This document shows positions 10,243 to 20,428 of a stretch of 64,000 nucleotides of DNA, one piece after another. Origin of the DNA: an uncultured Poribacteria bacterium (GTDB lineage Bacteria > Poribacteria > WGA-4E > WGA-3G); assembly GCA_958296135.2 (NCBI GenBank), contig CATQHZ020000001.1, positions 32,001-96,000 on the forward strand, given 5' to 3'. Below the pieces are notes generated by a model, which ran no database searches, was not told the DNA's origin, and was given only the letters and a program-made list of their open reading frames with translations. Position 1 is the stretch's first letter; each line of letters begins with the position of its first letter. The position numbers were made by a program, and so were the translations under genes.

Positions 10243-11304
10243 TTAGGGGCCGTTGTTTCGATGGGGTACCAGCATCCGTGTGACTTCATCGAGGGTTGCT
10301 GCTTGTGCGGCGGTGCGCAACAGTTGGTTGAGATGTTGCACATCGGTGATGCCCTCAAACAAGGGCTTTAGGACTTGCACATCCCTGTCTTGGAAGCGCG
10401 CGTCCAAGACATTCATGAGGGCATCGATAGCAGTGCCTCGCGCGCCCTGTTCCCTGCCGCGCGTCATGCCGAGTTCAATGCCTTCTTCCCGGCCTTCTTC
10501 TCGACCTTTTTCCCGGCCTTCTTCCCGACCGATTTCTTTTCCCTGTTGTAGTGCCTCGTGACGTGCTTCTTCCAAGGGCTGCTGCATGAGGCGTTGGAAA
10601 ATGGATGAATTTCTCATATCTTCCTCCGAAATAATTGAGTAGATTGTCTCCGGGGCGTAGGCAAGATTGCCGAAAATCCCCGTTGACATCAGTAAATTGT
10701 CGATACTCGCCGTATCTAGCGGCAGTTGCCGCGTCGTCGCGACGCACTGCCGCAGCCACGTGACACTGCTGACTCCCGCCGGCGGTTGCATCAACGGCAC
10801 AAACGGCATTAAACCGGGCAGTTGCGTCTCCAGAATCGGACCGCCGTCGAGTTCATAAAGCCGAATCACTTCATATTCCGAGATGAACCGTTGTCCAGGA
10901 ACGTGCACATTTTGATAATAACTGCCCGGATCCCGGCGTCCGGCAGGGCGTTGAAAGTAGATAACATACGAGCGGATGGGGAGTTCGGTGTCTTCGTAGC
11001 ATCTCCCACGGTAGCCAGCAATCCGGCGTTCTATCGGGATTGGGTAACTATCATACATCTGATATTCGCGATGGATGAGCGTTGGTTCGCCGACTAGCGA
11101 GATTTTCGTCAGGCTATCCATGCGGCGCACATCCATAGCCGGGAGTTCTATATCAAGATGCTCGATGAATTCAAAATCGGATGTGCCGAGTAGCAGGCGC
11201 AACATATCGTTTGGGAATGCACGCGCCGAATGCTTCGCAGCAACATCGTATCGGTTTGCTGGCAAATTGTCCCAGTCAAAAGGGTTCTGAATGTCATTTT
11301 CCAT
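10243..11304 (-). CDS. Rpn/YadD-like PD-(D/E)XK nuclease (putative transposase family)
   Basis: RRMDSL...IHREYQ, YEVIRLYE, GLMPFVPLM; C-terminal GREEG repeats; internal SD+ATG at 10617. Confidence 0.75.
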   Translation of the reverse strand: MENDIQNPFDWDNLPANRYDVAAKHSARAFPNDMLRLLLGTSDFEFIEHLDIELPAMDVRRMDSLTKISLVGEPTLIHREYQMYDSYPIPIERRIAGYRGRCYEDTELPIRSYVIYFQRPAGRRDPGSYYQNVHVPGQRFISEYEVIRLYELDGGPILETQLPGLMPFVPLMQPPAGVSSVTWLRQCVATTRQLPLDTASIDNLLMSTGIFGNLAYAPETIYSIISEEDMRNSSIFQRLMQQPLEEARHEALQQGKEIGREEGREKGREEGREEGIELGMTRGREQGARGTAIDALMNVLDARFQDRDVQVLKPLFEGITDVQHLNQLLRTAAQAATLDEVTRMLVPHRNNGP

Positions 11305-11403
11305 ACACGTTAGTATACAATAGATGCGAGGTTGCAATCAAGTTTTTTGCGAATTGTTTGCGTTGAAGCATGACACGGGAACCGTGCGCGCGTCCATGTC
11401 TAC

Positions 11404-11920
11404 TTACTTGCTGGTAGATGCTGTTGCGGCTTTGAACACGGCATCAAGTGCCCCGAAAAAGACCGGCAAGCCAGCCACATTGAACCGGGTAACGTTGCGG
11501 GTAAAGACATCGCCGACAAGATGTCCAAATTGCCAATGCTCACCATCGGTGACAATGCCATAAACCGGGATATCCGCATCGGTATTGATTTTTTGAGCGG
11601 CTACCAACTCGGCGAGGCATTGCCTCCAACCCATGTCAAAATCGTTCTTCTTTGCTTTCACGAGAAGTATCAGTGGGCTGCCAACAACGAGAGGCCCCAA
11701 TTCAGACCGCGTAGCAACAAGGTACTGGTGTGCCAGTCAAAGTATCATCGTAACCGATGGATTCACCTATCCAGAGCGCATAGTCTTTGGCGTATGCCTT
11801 ATAAACTTCCAATAAAATCGGGAAGATAATTGCCTCACACCGGGCTGCCTCTGAGCCAAAAACAGCAATGTGCTGTTGTTTAAACGCAAACTCTTGCAGA
11901 AAATGATCCGACGGTTTCTA
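11404..11920 (-). pseudogene. degraded PD-(D/E)XK (HsdR_N-like) nuclease gene
   Basis: Upstream frame SEAARCEAIIFPILLEVYK...GTP shifts near 11725 into YLVATRSELG...VKAKKNDF...YGIVTDG; no start codon after the SD; expected EAK reads KAK. Confidence 0.65.
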
Positions 11921-12287
11921 CCTCCTTTCAAATTAGGATACCACATTTTTCTCCAAAAATCAAGTCAGCGGCATTTAGTTTTCAGTGTTCAAGCTCCGAG
12001 TGTAAGGGCGGATTGCCATATCCGCCCGTGTTTTCGCGCGGCGGACAGCTCTAGTAATCTTTCCTGATAGGTTATCCAAGAACTGAACGATTCTGCATGA
12101 AAATGAAATTCCTTGAAAAAGGAGCGCGAATATGTTAACATTAAAAATAACACGATTTTTTAGGGCGTTGCTCACAGCGAGCAGGACGATTTCGTTTTCC
12201 CCAGTCTCGATGCAGATGCATCGTTGAATCGTTCCGCGCCGCGAGCGCGCCGCTTGACACGTTTGAATGAAAAAGGAGATACCAGTC

Positions 12288-13223
12288 ATGAAGAAAATGT
12301 TTTGGATAGTAACGATGCTGTCTGTGCTCTGTGTTGCCACCAGTTACGGGCAGTATAACGGCGAGTGTTGGGTTGTAAGCGAAGGCACCACGGTCTATAA
12401 GTTGTATTCAAATGGGAACGCCGATCCGCAGGTGATTCCCAACTTACCGCAAGCGAGTGCGGCTGAAGTGAATCCGGCCGATGGTGTCGTGTGGATTGCT
12501 GTCTCGGCGGCAAATACCGTCTATCGGTATAACCCAAACAGCGGCGAGTTTCTGGCGATTCCGGATATCAACCGGCCGAGCATGATAGCCATTAATCCCG
12601 CAGACGGTTCGGCGTGGATTGCCGGGTTTGATGCAGTCAAAAAGGTATCCGGCGATGGTGCCCAGGTACTCGCGACAATAGAGGCACACGAGCCTGCTGT
12701 GGCAGTGAACCCGAAGGACGGTTCCGCATGGATAACGAATGCCCGCGGTCCGATTGCGCGTTACGATGCCACGGGGAATAAAATCGCTGATGCGCCGCCG
12801 ATGGGCGAACCGAAAGGCGTAACGGTTGACTACCAAGGAAACGCCTGGGTCGCGGACAGCCAACACAGCGTCCTCATGCGAGTTTCACCTGATGGCCAGA
12901 AATTGGTGGAGATAACCGATATTCTGAATCCTACGTCACCCCGTATCAATGTGAAGGATGATAGCGTGTGGGTAGTCTCGCAACAATCGATGCTGGTAAA
13001 TTTATCGAAGGATGGGACAAAAGTGACTGAATTCCCCGCTGGGATGGCAATCGTCGCGATAAGTGTCTCGCCAACCGATGGGGCAATTTGGGTGGCAGAC
13101 CTGCTCGGTGCAACGTTCACCGGCGAAGTGAGTAAATACTCGGCAAGCGGCCAAAAACTGTTTCCTAACCCGATTCCACTTCTACAACCTTCCTCCGTTT
13201 CGGTTGGGTATTGGGAACCATAA
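12288..13223 (+). CDS. exported beta-propeller protein (NHL/Vgb-like repeats)
   Basis: Signal peptide; repeated V/INPxDGxxWI/V blades. Confidence 0.75.
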   Translation: MKKMFWIVTMLSVLCVATSYGQYNGECWVVSEGTTVYKLYSNGNADPQVIPNLPQASAAEVNPADGVVWIAVSAANTVYRYNPNSGEFLAIPDINRPSMIAINPADGSAWIAGFDAVKKVSGDGAQVLATIEAHEPAVAVNPKDGSAWITNARGPIARYDATGNKIADAPPMGEPKGVTVDYQGNAWVADSQHSVLMRVSPDGQKLVEITDILNPTSPRINVKDDSVWVVSQQSMLVNLSKDGTKVTEFPAGMAIVAISVSPTDGAIWVADLLGATFTGEVSKYSASGQKLFPNPIPLLQPSSVSVGYWEP

Positions 13224-13264
13224 AAAATGCGCGCTGCCAAAGCGCGCAAAGGGGGCACACCATC

Positions 13265-15691
13265 ATGATTAGACACTGCCTTTGCCGCATCGCTGTTTTT
13301 ATTGCTGTTGCTGGCGTGCTTTCCGGACGCGCAATCGCGCAACTCCCCGATTTTCACGTTGACGCGGACAGCATCACCTTTTCTAATCCGGCACCCGTTG
13401 AAGGCGAAGAAATCATCATCTGGGTCCGTGTGAAAAACGTGGGGGATGCCACCCCGACGATGAACGAAGACCTGGTGGTTAACCTTTATGAAGGCGACCC
13501 GAGGAAGACGCAACCCCTTCAAATTCTATGCAGGGATGTCATTTTAGAGTTAAAACCCGGAAAATCTGGGCGCGTGAAGGCGCGATGGCGGCCACCGCCC
13601 GGGCAAGCGGAGATTTATGCTGTCGTCAATCCTCCCGGGGATGCGCACATTCAGGAGGCTGACGCTGGCAATAACGTCGCGCATACGACGCTCGTCGCAG
13701 AAGCATTGACATTCCCCGCCGCGACACCCAAGCAAATTGAAAAGGCGATAGCCAGAGGTGTCGCTTGGATAGAAGCGCAGCAAGGCAAACATAGCCGCAC
13801 CTGTCTGCAATGCGGGGCTGTGAACCAGCTCATTCTGTCCTGCATCACTTGCAACGCGAACCTGAAGGGATTGGCAGAGAATTTTATACCGGGCTCTATG
13901 TGGAATTTCGGCGAAGACCGGACGCAGGAAACCGCGCTGGCATTGCAGGCACTGCTCGGAGCCGGACGAACGCTAGACTCCACCGCTGTCCAAAAAGGGC
14001 TCACGTTTCTGTTGGAACAGGATTGGAATGAATTTTCGGTATACCAATATGCAGTGGTAATCCCAGTTTTAGTGGCGACGCAGGATCCTACCTATAGGGC
14101 GCGCGCCCAATTTGCGGTGAACCAGCTCGTCAAAAAGCAGCTCCCAGTGAAGAATAGCCAATTTGCCGACCCGAGAGACAATGGTGGCTGGGGATATGGC
14201 TACACCGCCGATGGCGCGCACATGAACATGGTTATCTACGCGCTCTACGCCGCGAAACAAGCAGGACTTGAAATTCCGCAGCAAACGTGGGAACGCGCAG
14301 AAAAGTGGGTCCGCCGAAACCAGATTGAAACCGGGGGGTGGCTCTATAATCTCGTTGACGATGGCTCACCGTGGGCGATAGGTGTCTACGGCAGCATGAC
14401 GGCGACCGGATTGTGGGCCCTTCGCGCTTGTGGGGCCCCCGTTGAAGATGCGCAAATCCAAAAAGGCATCGCGTGGGTGAGGAAGTATTGGACGTTAACG
14501 CGAAATCCCGGTGCTAATTCATGGCTTTACTATTATCTGCTCTCGTTGCAACGGTTCTGCGACATCCCGCCGATGCAGGAAACGCTTGCAGGGCACGCAT
14601 GGTATGATGAAATGTCCAGCATGATGGTAGCGCGTCAGGAGCCGAATGGCAGGTGGCAAGGCGCGGAGAGCGATTTCTTGACGACATGTTTCGCGGTGAT
14701 GTCTTTAAGCCGCGCGCTTGTCGGGCCGACACAACCCAATATCGGCATTGTGCCGCGGAGCCTGCGGTTTTCGCCGCCTGCGCCGCGCGTCGGAGAAGCA
14801 GTCCGCCTCAGTGCAACGCTCAGAAATACCGGAACGCCTTTTGATGGAATTCTTAACGTCGGATTTTACGTCGATGAGGGGGAGGTTGCGACAGCAGAAG
14901 TACTTTGGACTCCCACCCTCGGCGAAACATCGATATCCGCTGACTGGGTACCCACGACGGCAGGCGACGTGACAGTTGCCGCACAGATAGAGACATCCGA
15001 TAACAGTGCCGTTACGCACAGCCTGTTTACAGCGGACAATATGGCGACAGAGGCACTCACTGTCTATCCGCAATCCACGGCGGCGACAGACGCGCAACTC
15101 GCTAAGCCTCAAAAACTTGGAGAGAACCTTTATCAGCTCGGCAGTGTCATTTTTGATACCAACAAACGCGAGGTCCGCGTGCTGGGCGAGATTAACATTG
15201 TGGGTGCGGATGCCAATATTGAATTCTTCGCCTGCGGCAAGCTTGGCAAAACGCACGAAAGTGTGCTCATCCTTCACGCTGAGCCGTTTTATCTATTTAC
15301 GGCATTGGGCCTGCTCGCTCTTGAGCCAGGCATGAATCTCGTTGACGAAGGCGATGCGCGGCAACCAGAGGGCTCACTCGTTGAAATCTGGGTAGAATGG
15401 GAACGCGCGGATGAGATTGTCTCACGCCGAGCGGAGCAGTTGATGTGGAATGCCTTCCAAGAACGGCCGATGCAAGAAACGCCGTGGGTTTTCACCGGTA
15501 GCAGGATTATCAACAATCAGTTGACTGCGCAGCTTTTTCATAACATCATCGCTGTCTATCGCGACCCGGACGCGCTTTTCAATCATCCGCTGCCCACCGG
15601 CACCGACGACAACACCTACCGTGTCAACACGGATGTGATTCCGCCGCAACGCACAAAAGTGACGGTGATTATTCGGCCGGTGGATGCTTAG
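13265..15691 (+). CDS. secreted multidomain protein: CARDB, Zn ribbon, prenyltransferase-like alpha/alpha barrel, CARDB, YdjY-like domain
   Basis: VRVKNVG...DAGNNVA; CLQC...CITC; GGWGY, GGWLY, QEPNGRW; EFFAC...HES...WVFTGS. Confidence 0.65.
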   Translation: MIRHCLCRIAVFIAVAGVLSGRAIAQLPDFHVDADSITFSNPAPVEGEEIIIWVRVKNVGDATPTMNEDLVVNLYEGDPRKTQPLQILCRDVILELKPGKSGRVKARWRPPPGQAEIYAVVNPPGDAHIQEADAGNNVAHTTLVAEALTFPAATPKQIEKAIARGVAWIEAQQGKHSRTCLQCGAVNQLILSCITCNANLKGLAENFIPGSMWNFGEDRTQETALALQALLGAGRTLDSTAVQKGLTFLLEQDWNEFSVYQYAVVIPVLVATQDPTYRARAQFAVNQLVKKQLPVKNSQFADPRDNGGWGYGYTADGAHMNMVIYALYAAKQAGLEIPQQTWERAEKWVRRNQIETGGWLYNLVDDGSPWAIGVYGSMTATGLWALRACGAPVEDAQIQKGIAWVRKYWTLTRNPGANSWLYYYLLSLQRFCDIPPMQETLAGHAWYDEMSSMMVARQEPNGRWQGAESDFLTTCFAVMSLSRALVGPTQPNIGIVPRSLRFSPPAPRVGEAVRLSATLRNTGTPFDGILNVGFYVDEGEVATAEVLWTPTLGETSISADWVPTTAGDVTVAAQIETSDNSAVTHSLFTADNMATEALTVYPQSTAATDAQLAKPQKLGENLYQLGSVIFDTNKREVRVLGEINIVGADANIEFFACGKLGKTHESVLILHAEPFYLFTALGLLALEPGMNLVDEGDARQPEGSLVEIWVEWERADEIVSRRAEQLMWNAFQERPMQETPWVFTGSRIINNQLTAQLFHNIIAVYRDPDALFNHPLPTGTDDNTYRVNTDVIPPQRTKVTVIIRPVDA

Positions 15692-15919
15692 GAAGTCTAC
15701 CTCGGTCTTGTCTTCCCGTAAGGCGAGGGCCTGTCCCTCGTCTTACCGTGTTCTGCCGTTATTGGAAAACGAAATCGTTTTGGAAATAGCACGGCATTGT
15801 GGTATTTTCGCGCCGTATATGTTATACTTAAGTCTCGCGTGCAAGGTGCTCAAGATTGGGACCCCAACAGGTTTTAGCCAATATAAATGGCTTGCACGTG
15901 CCGTTAAAGGAATATCCAA

Positions 15920-16426
15920 ATGGCAAGAGATAAAGACATAGTCGAGAAGAGAGTGCCTGTCTTCAGTTTCAGGCAGGGAATGTTTCTTGCAGACCTTATT
16001 TTCTTTCTCGTGCTGATAGCGGGCTATACTCACATGGTAGGAAGATATGAGTTCGCCAAAGGCAGGGAAAGTTCTGTTGAAACGATAATCGCCATCGTAG
16101 GACATGTTGGAGAGTTTATTTCGGTGGCTTTCGTTTTAACCTTGTTTTTTGAAATCGGAGGGTCTCTTATCATGATACTGTGGAACCTCTACAAGAGGGA
16201 ACAAGAGAAACGACTCAGGGAAGTGACGGCCGAAGTGACGGCCGAAGTGACTAAGAGAGTGACTAAGAGAGTGACGGCGGAAGTTGCTGCGGAAGTGACG
16301 GCGGCAGTCACCACGGAGAGAGATCGGGCGTGGACAGAGTGGAACACCCGGCGGATGGCGGCAGAGGCAAGCGGTACCCCTTTTCATGAACCGCCGCCGA
16401 CTTCGCCACAAGTTGCCCCGGAATAG
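15920..16426 (+). CDS. membrane protein with VTAE/VTKR repeats and a W..W..RR...G.PF.EP C-terminus
   Basis: Two TM segments, 12-bp tandem repeats; homologous to 23833-24369. Confidence 0.7.
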   Translation: MARDKDIVEKRVPVFSFRQGMFLADLIFFLVLIAGYTHMVGRYEFAKGRESSVETIIAIVGHVGEFISVAFVLTLFFEIGGSLIMILWNLYKREQEKRLREVTAEVTAEVTKRVTKRVTAEVAAEVTAAVTTERDRAWTEWNTRRMAAEASGTPFHEPPPTSPQVAPE

Positions 16427-16556
16427 CGAACGGTTTCCCGCCCCGCTTCTGTGCGGGGGATCGGATGAATCTCTGTGGAGCGGGAGTTCTTCTCGCTCCA
16501 TAACACAATGCGGAACAACTATTCCGCCCAGATTTTAGGGGCTAAAAATAGCATCG

Positions 16557-16650
16557 AAAACGTAGTCATCGACAACGTCAATGACAAGTTACGCAAAGGA
16601 ACGTTATTGCTCCAACCCACCTATCCGAACGCTTTACGCCAAAATAAAAA
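16557..16650 (+). repeat. ~95-bp dispersed repeat, copy B, abutting the holA ATG
   Basis: aaacgtagtcaTCGACAACGTCAAtgac...ccgaacgctttacgccaaaataaaaaATG. Confidence 0.7.
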
Positions 16651-18069
16651 ATGAGACAGAAAACTGAAAACAAGCCCCCCAATATCCTGCGGGAGATTCA
16701 ATCAAACAAGGTGAAGCCGGTGTATCTGCTCTGTGGCGAGGAGAGTTTCCTCATTGAGGGAACGCTCAAGCAGATGCTGGATACCCTACTGACACCCGAC
16801 ACGCGCGATTTTAACCTCTCCTTTTTAGAGGGAACCGCTGTCACAACGCGCGAAATCCTGAGCCAGGTCGGTCTCTATCCCGTCATCTCCAAGTGGCGGG
16901 TTGTCGTGGTGCGCGACCCGCAGTTTTTCAAGACGCAGAAGCGTGCGACGCCGATAACGCTCATCCGCAATGCTGTCAAATTGGAGAATGCGGATGCCCA
17001 AAAATGTATCGTGACGATGGCGAAACTGTTGGAAGTTACACCGCAACAGCTCGCCGAACGCCACGCAGATTTCACAAACGCTGTCGACGCAGTTATTGAT
17101 GAAGTGGGCGATAAATTAACCGCGGACGAGCGCGCGTTCCTGGAGCGGCTACCGCAAATCGCCGAAACGGTAGACGTTTCTTCTGCGGATACCAGGGATG
17201 CTGACGATGCAGAATTGCTGTTTGAATGGCTCCAAGGCGAACTCCCCAAAACGAGCGTGCTGATAGTGACGGTGCAGGGTGCTGTCAACGAACGGAACCG
17301 CCTCGTGAAGCAAATCCAAGAGGTGGGCCGCTATGTCTCCTTCCAACCGTTTTCTGGGGCCGCTTCAGGGGGGAACGTCACTCGCGACCCGCTCTATAAA
17401 AAAGTCTCGGAGAAGTTCGCCGAATTTGATAAGCAGATAACGCCCCGCGCCTACAACCAACTCCGCACTCGCACCGGCGGCGACATGCACACCATCGCCG
17501 AAGCCATCAACAAGATTGTGAATTTTGTCGGCGATAAACACCAGATTGACGAGCAAGATGTACGGAATATGGTAACGCAAAATACCTTTGACAGCATTTT
17601 CGACCTTACCGATGCAATCGGTAGGCGTTCTGTCGCGCAAGCACTGAAAAGCCTTCACGAAGTGTTAGCCAGCGGCGAACCACACATTAAGGTGCATACG
17701 CTGATTATCCGCCAACTCCGCCTGGCACTGCAGGCGAAACTCGTCTCGGCAAAAGGAAACCGCAAGCAAATAGGGCGCAGAATGCAGTTTGATACGTTTG
17801 TAAACGACATTTTTAAACCGCTCTCCCACGAAATGGCGGATTTACTCCCAACAGCCGCGGATACGAACGTCCTGAAGCAACGGCCCTATGCCGCCTACAA
17901 AATTTTTCAGACGCTCCATGCTTTCACCGTTGAGGAACTTATGGCTGCTCTTCAAAAGGCGTTGGAAGTGGACACCCAATTGAAAACCAGCCAATTAGAC
18001 GCTACCTGCATTTTGGAGCAATTGGTGTGTGAGTTGTGTGAAAGCCCGAGGGGCCGCAGGCATCCTTAA
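16651..18069 (+). CDS. holA: DNA polymerase III delta subunit, with an internal insertion
   Basis: PVYLLCGEE, DFNL, IFDLTDAI, D..LKT..LD...LE.L. Confidence 0.85.
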   Translation: MRQKTENKPPNILREIQSNKVKPVYLLCGEESFLIEGTLKQMLDTLLTPDTRDFNLSFLEGTAVTTREILSQVGLYPVISKWRVVVVRDPQFFKTQKRATPITLIRNAVKLENADAQKCIVTMAKLLEVTPQQLAERHADFTNAVDAVIDEVGDKLTADERAFLERLPQIAETVDVSSADTRDADDAELLFEWLQGELPKTSVLIVTVQGAVNERNRLVKQIQEVGRYVSFQPFSGAASGGNVTRDPLYKKVSEKFAEFDKQITPRAYNQLRTRTGGDMHTIAEAINKIVNFVGDKHQIDEQDVRNMVTQNTFDSIFDLTDAIGRRSVAQALKSLHEVLASGEPHIKVHTLIIRQLRLALQAKLVSAKGNRKQIGRRMQFDTFVNDIFKPLSHEMADLLPTAADTNVLKQRPYAAYKIFQTLHAFTVEELMAALQKALEVDTQLKTSQLDATCILEQLVCELCESPRGRRHP

Positions 18070-18178
18070 CCGAGCCTATTTTTTACTATCCTTTTCGCGT
18101 CGAGAAGACTCTATCTCATAGCAAAGAAAATAACCCGGTTGAGTCTACGTAGTTCTGATAGAAAAAGGAGGATTTGGC

Positions 18179-18412
18179 ATGTCACAAATCATTCTCATTA
18201 TTGCCATTATTTTTGGTAGCGTTACCGTGACGACGCTCGGATGCGTGTGGATGGGGACATCCTACTACGCAAAGAAACGCGGATTAACAAAAGGCGCATC
18301 GCAACACGAGATAGAGGCACTTCAGAAGAAGGTGAACCACGTGCAACAAGAAGTGGTAACCCTCCGGAAAGAGGTGAAACGCCTCATCAAAATCGCCAAG
18401 GGCGGCGGGTAA
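18179..18412 (+). CDS. small single-pass membrane/coiled-coil protein
   Basis: AGGAGG SD; TM followed by heptad pattern; shares VW..TSY...K.G with the next gene. Confidence 0.7.
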   Translation: MSQIILIIAIIFGSVTVTTLGCVWMGTSYYAKKRGLTKGASQHEIEALQKKVNHVQQEVVTLRKEVKRLIKIAKGGG

Positions 18413-18426
18413 GGGAGGGATATCGC

Positions 18427-18768
18427 ATGGGATTGCTGCTACTTCTCATTTTTCTTGGGCTGATGCTCTTTTTTATCGTTGAGTTTGTGGCCGTGATTAC
18501 CGCCGTTGTGGCTATCGTTGCCGGTGGGACAATGCTCATCGTGTTGGTGAGCGTCTGGCTGTGCACCTCGTATTTCCTCAGGAAATCGGGTTACGAGCCG
18601 GGCGGCGCGCGAAACGCCTATCGCCAAGTTGAATCCGATTTGGACGGGGTGATTGCGGATTTGCAGGAAGTCCGCTTTGAATTGGACGAGGTTGCGCCGC
18701 TCTTGCAGGACCTGGAATTTATCAGATATGCCCGCCAGGACCGCAGAACCGGCAAAAAATCTTCGTAA
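18427..18768 (+). CDS. small membrane/coiled-coil protein, paralogue of the preceding gene
   Basis: GGAGG SD; hydrophobic N-terminus; VWLCTSYFLRKSG. Confidence 0.65.
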   Translation: MGLLLLLIFLGLMLFFIVEFVAVITAVVAIVAGGTMLIVLVSVWLCTSYFLRKSGYEPGGARNAYRQVESDLDGVIADLQEVRFELDEVAPLLQDLEFIRYARQDRRTGKKSS

Positions 18769-18903
18769 TCGTCCGGATGAAGGACAGCTGTTCCTCACCG
18801 TTCCAAGGGTGTTCCGCAGTCCCGTAGGGCGAGGGAAAACCCGGCGAGCGCGAATCGCCGAGGGTTTCCCTCGCCAGGCATCGAGCGTGACAGGAAACGT
18901 CTG

Positions 18904-18930
18904 AACGCCTTGGGCTTCGGGCGTTTTTTG
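18904..18930 (+). terminator. putative intrinsic terminator
   Basis: aacgcc...ggcgtt stem followed by a T run, between convergent genes. Confidence 0.5.
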
Positions 18931-18983
18931 TTGGTTGAGAAATCGCGGGGAACAGGCCCCCGCGCTACGAACTTGTAGATGCG

Positions 18984-20312
18984 TTAACCCCGCAATTCCT
19001 GCTGAATCCGCGCAACAACCTCCGCTCTCGCCACAGTCTGCTGCTCCCGAGTAGCAAGATTCCGAATCGCAACCGTCCCCGCCGATACCTCATCTGAACC
19101 AAGGATGGCGACGTAAGGAATGCCCCGGTTGTCCGCGTATTTTATCTGCGCGCTGATACGGGCAGGCCGGAAATAAACCTCGGTGCGCACACCGTTTTGG
19201 CGCAAAAGTGTCGCTAACTTCAGAGACGCCGGCATCAACTCGTCGTCGAAAACGGATACCAATACGTCTGTCACCGTCTTGCCGATGGAAGGCGGGAACA
19301 TGTCAAACGCCTCCATCACGTCAATAATCCGTTCGATGCCGAAGCTGGTGCCGGTAGCAGGGTAACTCTGCTTGCTGAAACTCCCGATCAGTTCGTCGTA
19401 TCTGCCGCCGCCGGTGATGCTCCCGATTTTCGGTTCTTTGACGACTGTTTCATAAATCGGTCCGGTGTAGTATTCCAACCCGCGCACCATCGCCACGTTG
19501 ACCCGGTAGCATTCTTCGGGAATACCGAGCATCGTGAGGTAGCCGATGAGCCGCTGCAATTCCGCGATGCCTTCTCGCGCCGCCGCCGAATCGCCGAGTT
19601 GCTCACCGAACGCGCTCAGCACCGTCTCTGCATCGCCTTCGATCTGGAGCAGCGGGAGCAGCTTCGCGATGACAGGTTCCGGAATTTCGTTTTGGCCCAA
19701 CTCCGCCCGAACCCCGTCCAACCCGATCTTGTCCAATTTATCGATAGAACGGTAGAGTCCACCGAGTTGCTCGGCTGGCACCCCGGCGAATTGCCCGATG
19801 CCGGTGATGAGCTGCCGGTCGTTGATATTAATCTCGAATTGCTTGAAACCGAGGCGTGACAGCACCTGATAGATGAGACTCACATTTTCTGCGTCCGCCA
19901 GCATGCTCTCGCTGCCGACGGTATCGGCATCGCACTGATAGAATTGGCGGTAGCGTCCCTTCTGTGGGCGTTCGGCGCGCCAGACCGGGGCGATCTGGTA
20001 TCGCTTGAACGGTTTCGGCAGCTGCGGATACATGGCGATGACGCGGCAGAGCGGCACGGAGAGATCATAGCGAAGGGAGATGTCCTCCTTCCCGCCGCTG
20101 TGTCCTGCCTGATAAATGAGTTTTTCGGCATCCGGGCCGTATTTGCCCATCAGCACTTCGGAGAGTTCCAGCGCGGGCGTTTGTAGCGGTTCAAACCCGA
20201 ATGCCTCAAAGACTTCTTGAACGGTATTAATGACGTAGTGTCGGCGGAGCATCTGTTCGGGTAAGATGTCTCGCATCCCGCGCGGCACGCGCGGTTTGAT
20301 AAAGGTTGCCAT
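18984..20312 (-). CDS. hisS: histidine--tRNA ligase
   Basis: PRGMRD, LRYDL, WRAERPQKGRYRQFYQCD, RGLEYYTG, GGGRYD, anticodon-binding domain; start set at MATFIK after AGGAG SD. Confidence 0.95.
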   Translation of the reverse strand: MATFIKPRVPRGMRDILPEQMLRRHYVINTVQEVFEAFGFEPLQTPALELSEVLMGKYGPDAEKLIYQAGHSGGKEDISLRYDLSVPLCRVIAMYPQLPKPFKRYQIAPVWRAERPQKGRYRQFYQCDADTVGSESMLADAENVSLIYQVLSRLGFKQFEININDRQLITGIGQFAGVPAEQLGGLYRSIDKLDKIGLDGVRAELGQNEIPEPVIAKLLPLLQIEGDAETVLSAFGEQLGDSAAAREGIAELQRLIGYLTMLGIPEECYRVNVAMVRGLEYYTGPIYETVVKEPKIGSITGGGRYDELIGSFSKQSYPATGTSFGIERIIDVMEAFDMFPPSIGKTVTDVLVSVFDDELMPASLKLATLLRQNGVRTEVYFRPARISAQIKYADNRGIPYVAILGSDEVSAGTVAIRNLATREQQTVARAEVVARIQQELRG

Positions 20313-20428
20313 GGGTTCCTCCTTTGTGGTATATGAACCGTCTTGGTCCGTAGCGCGGGGACCTGTCCCCCTCGCTCGCCGGGCCCTACGGGACTGCAGG
20401 ACGGTTGTTGTTAACCGCCTACCGGCTG

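Noticed and set aside
9811-10630. Diversity-generating retroelement TR/VR pair (also considered for 24022-24773)
   Set aside because: Differences are few and not adenine-specific, and no reverse transcriptase is present in the window.
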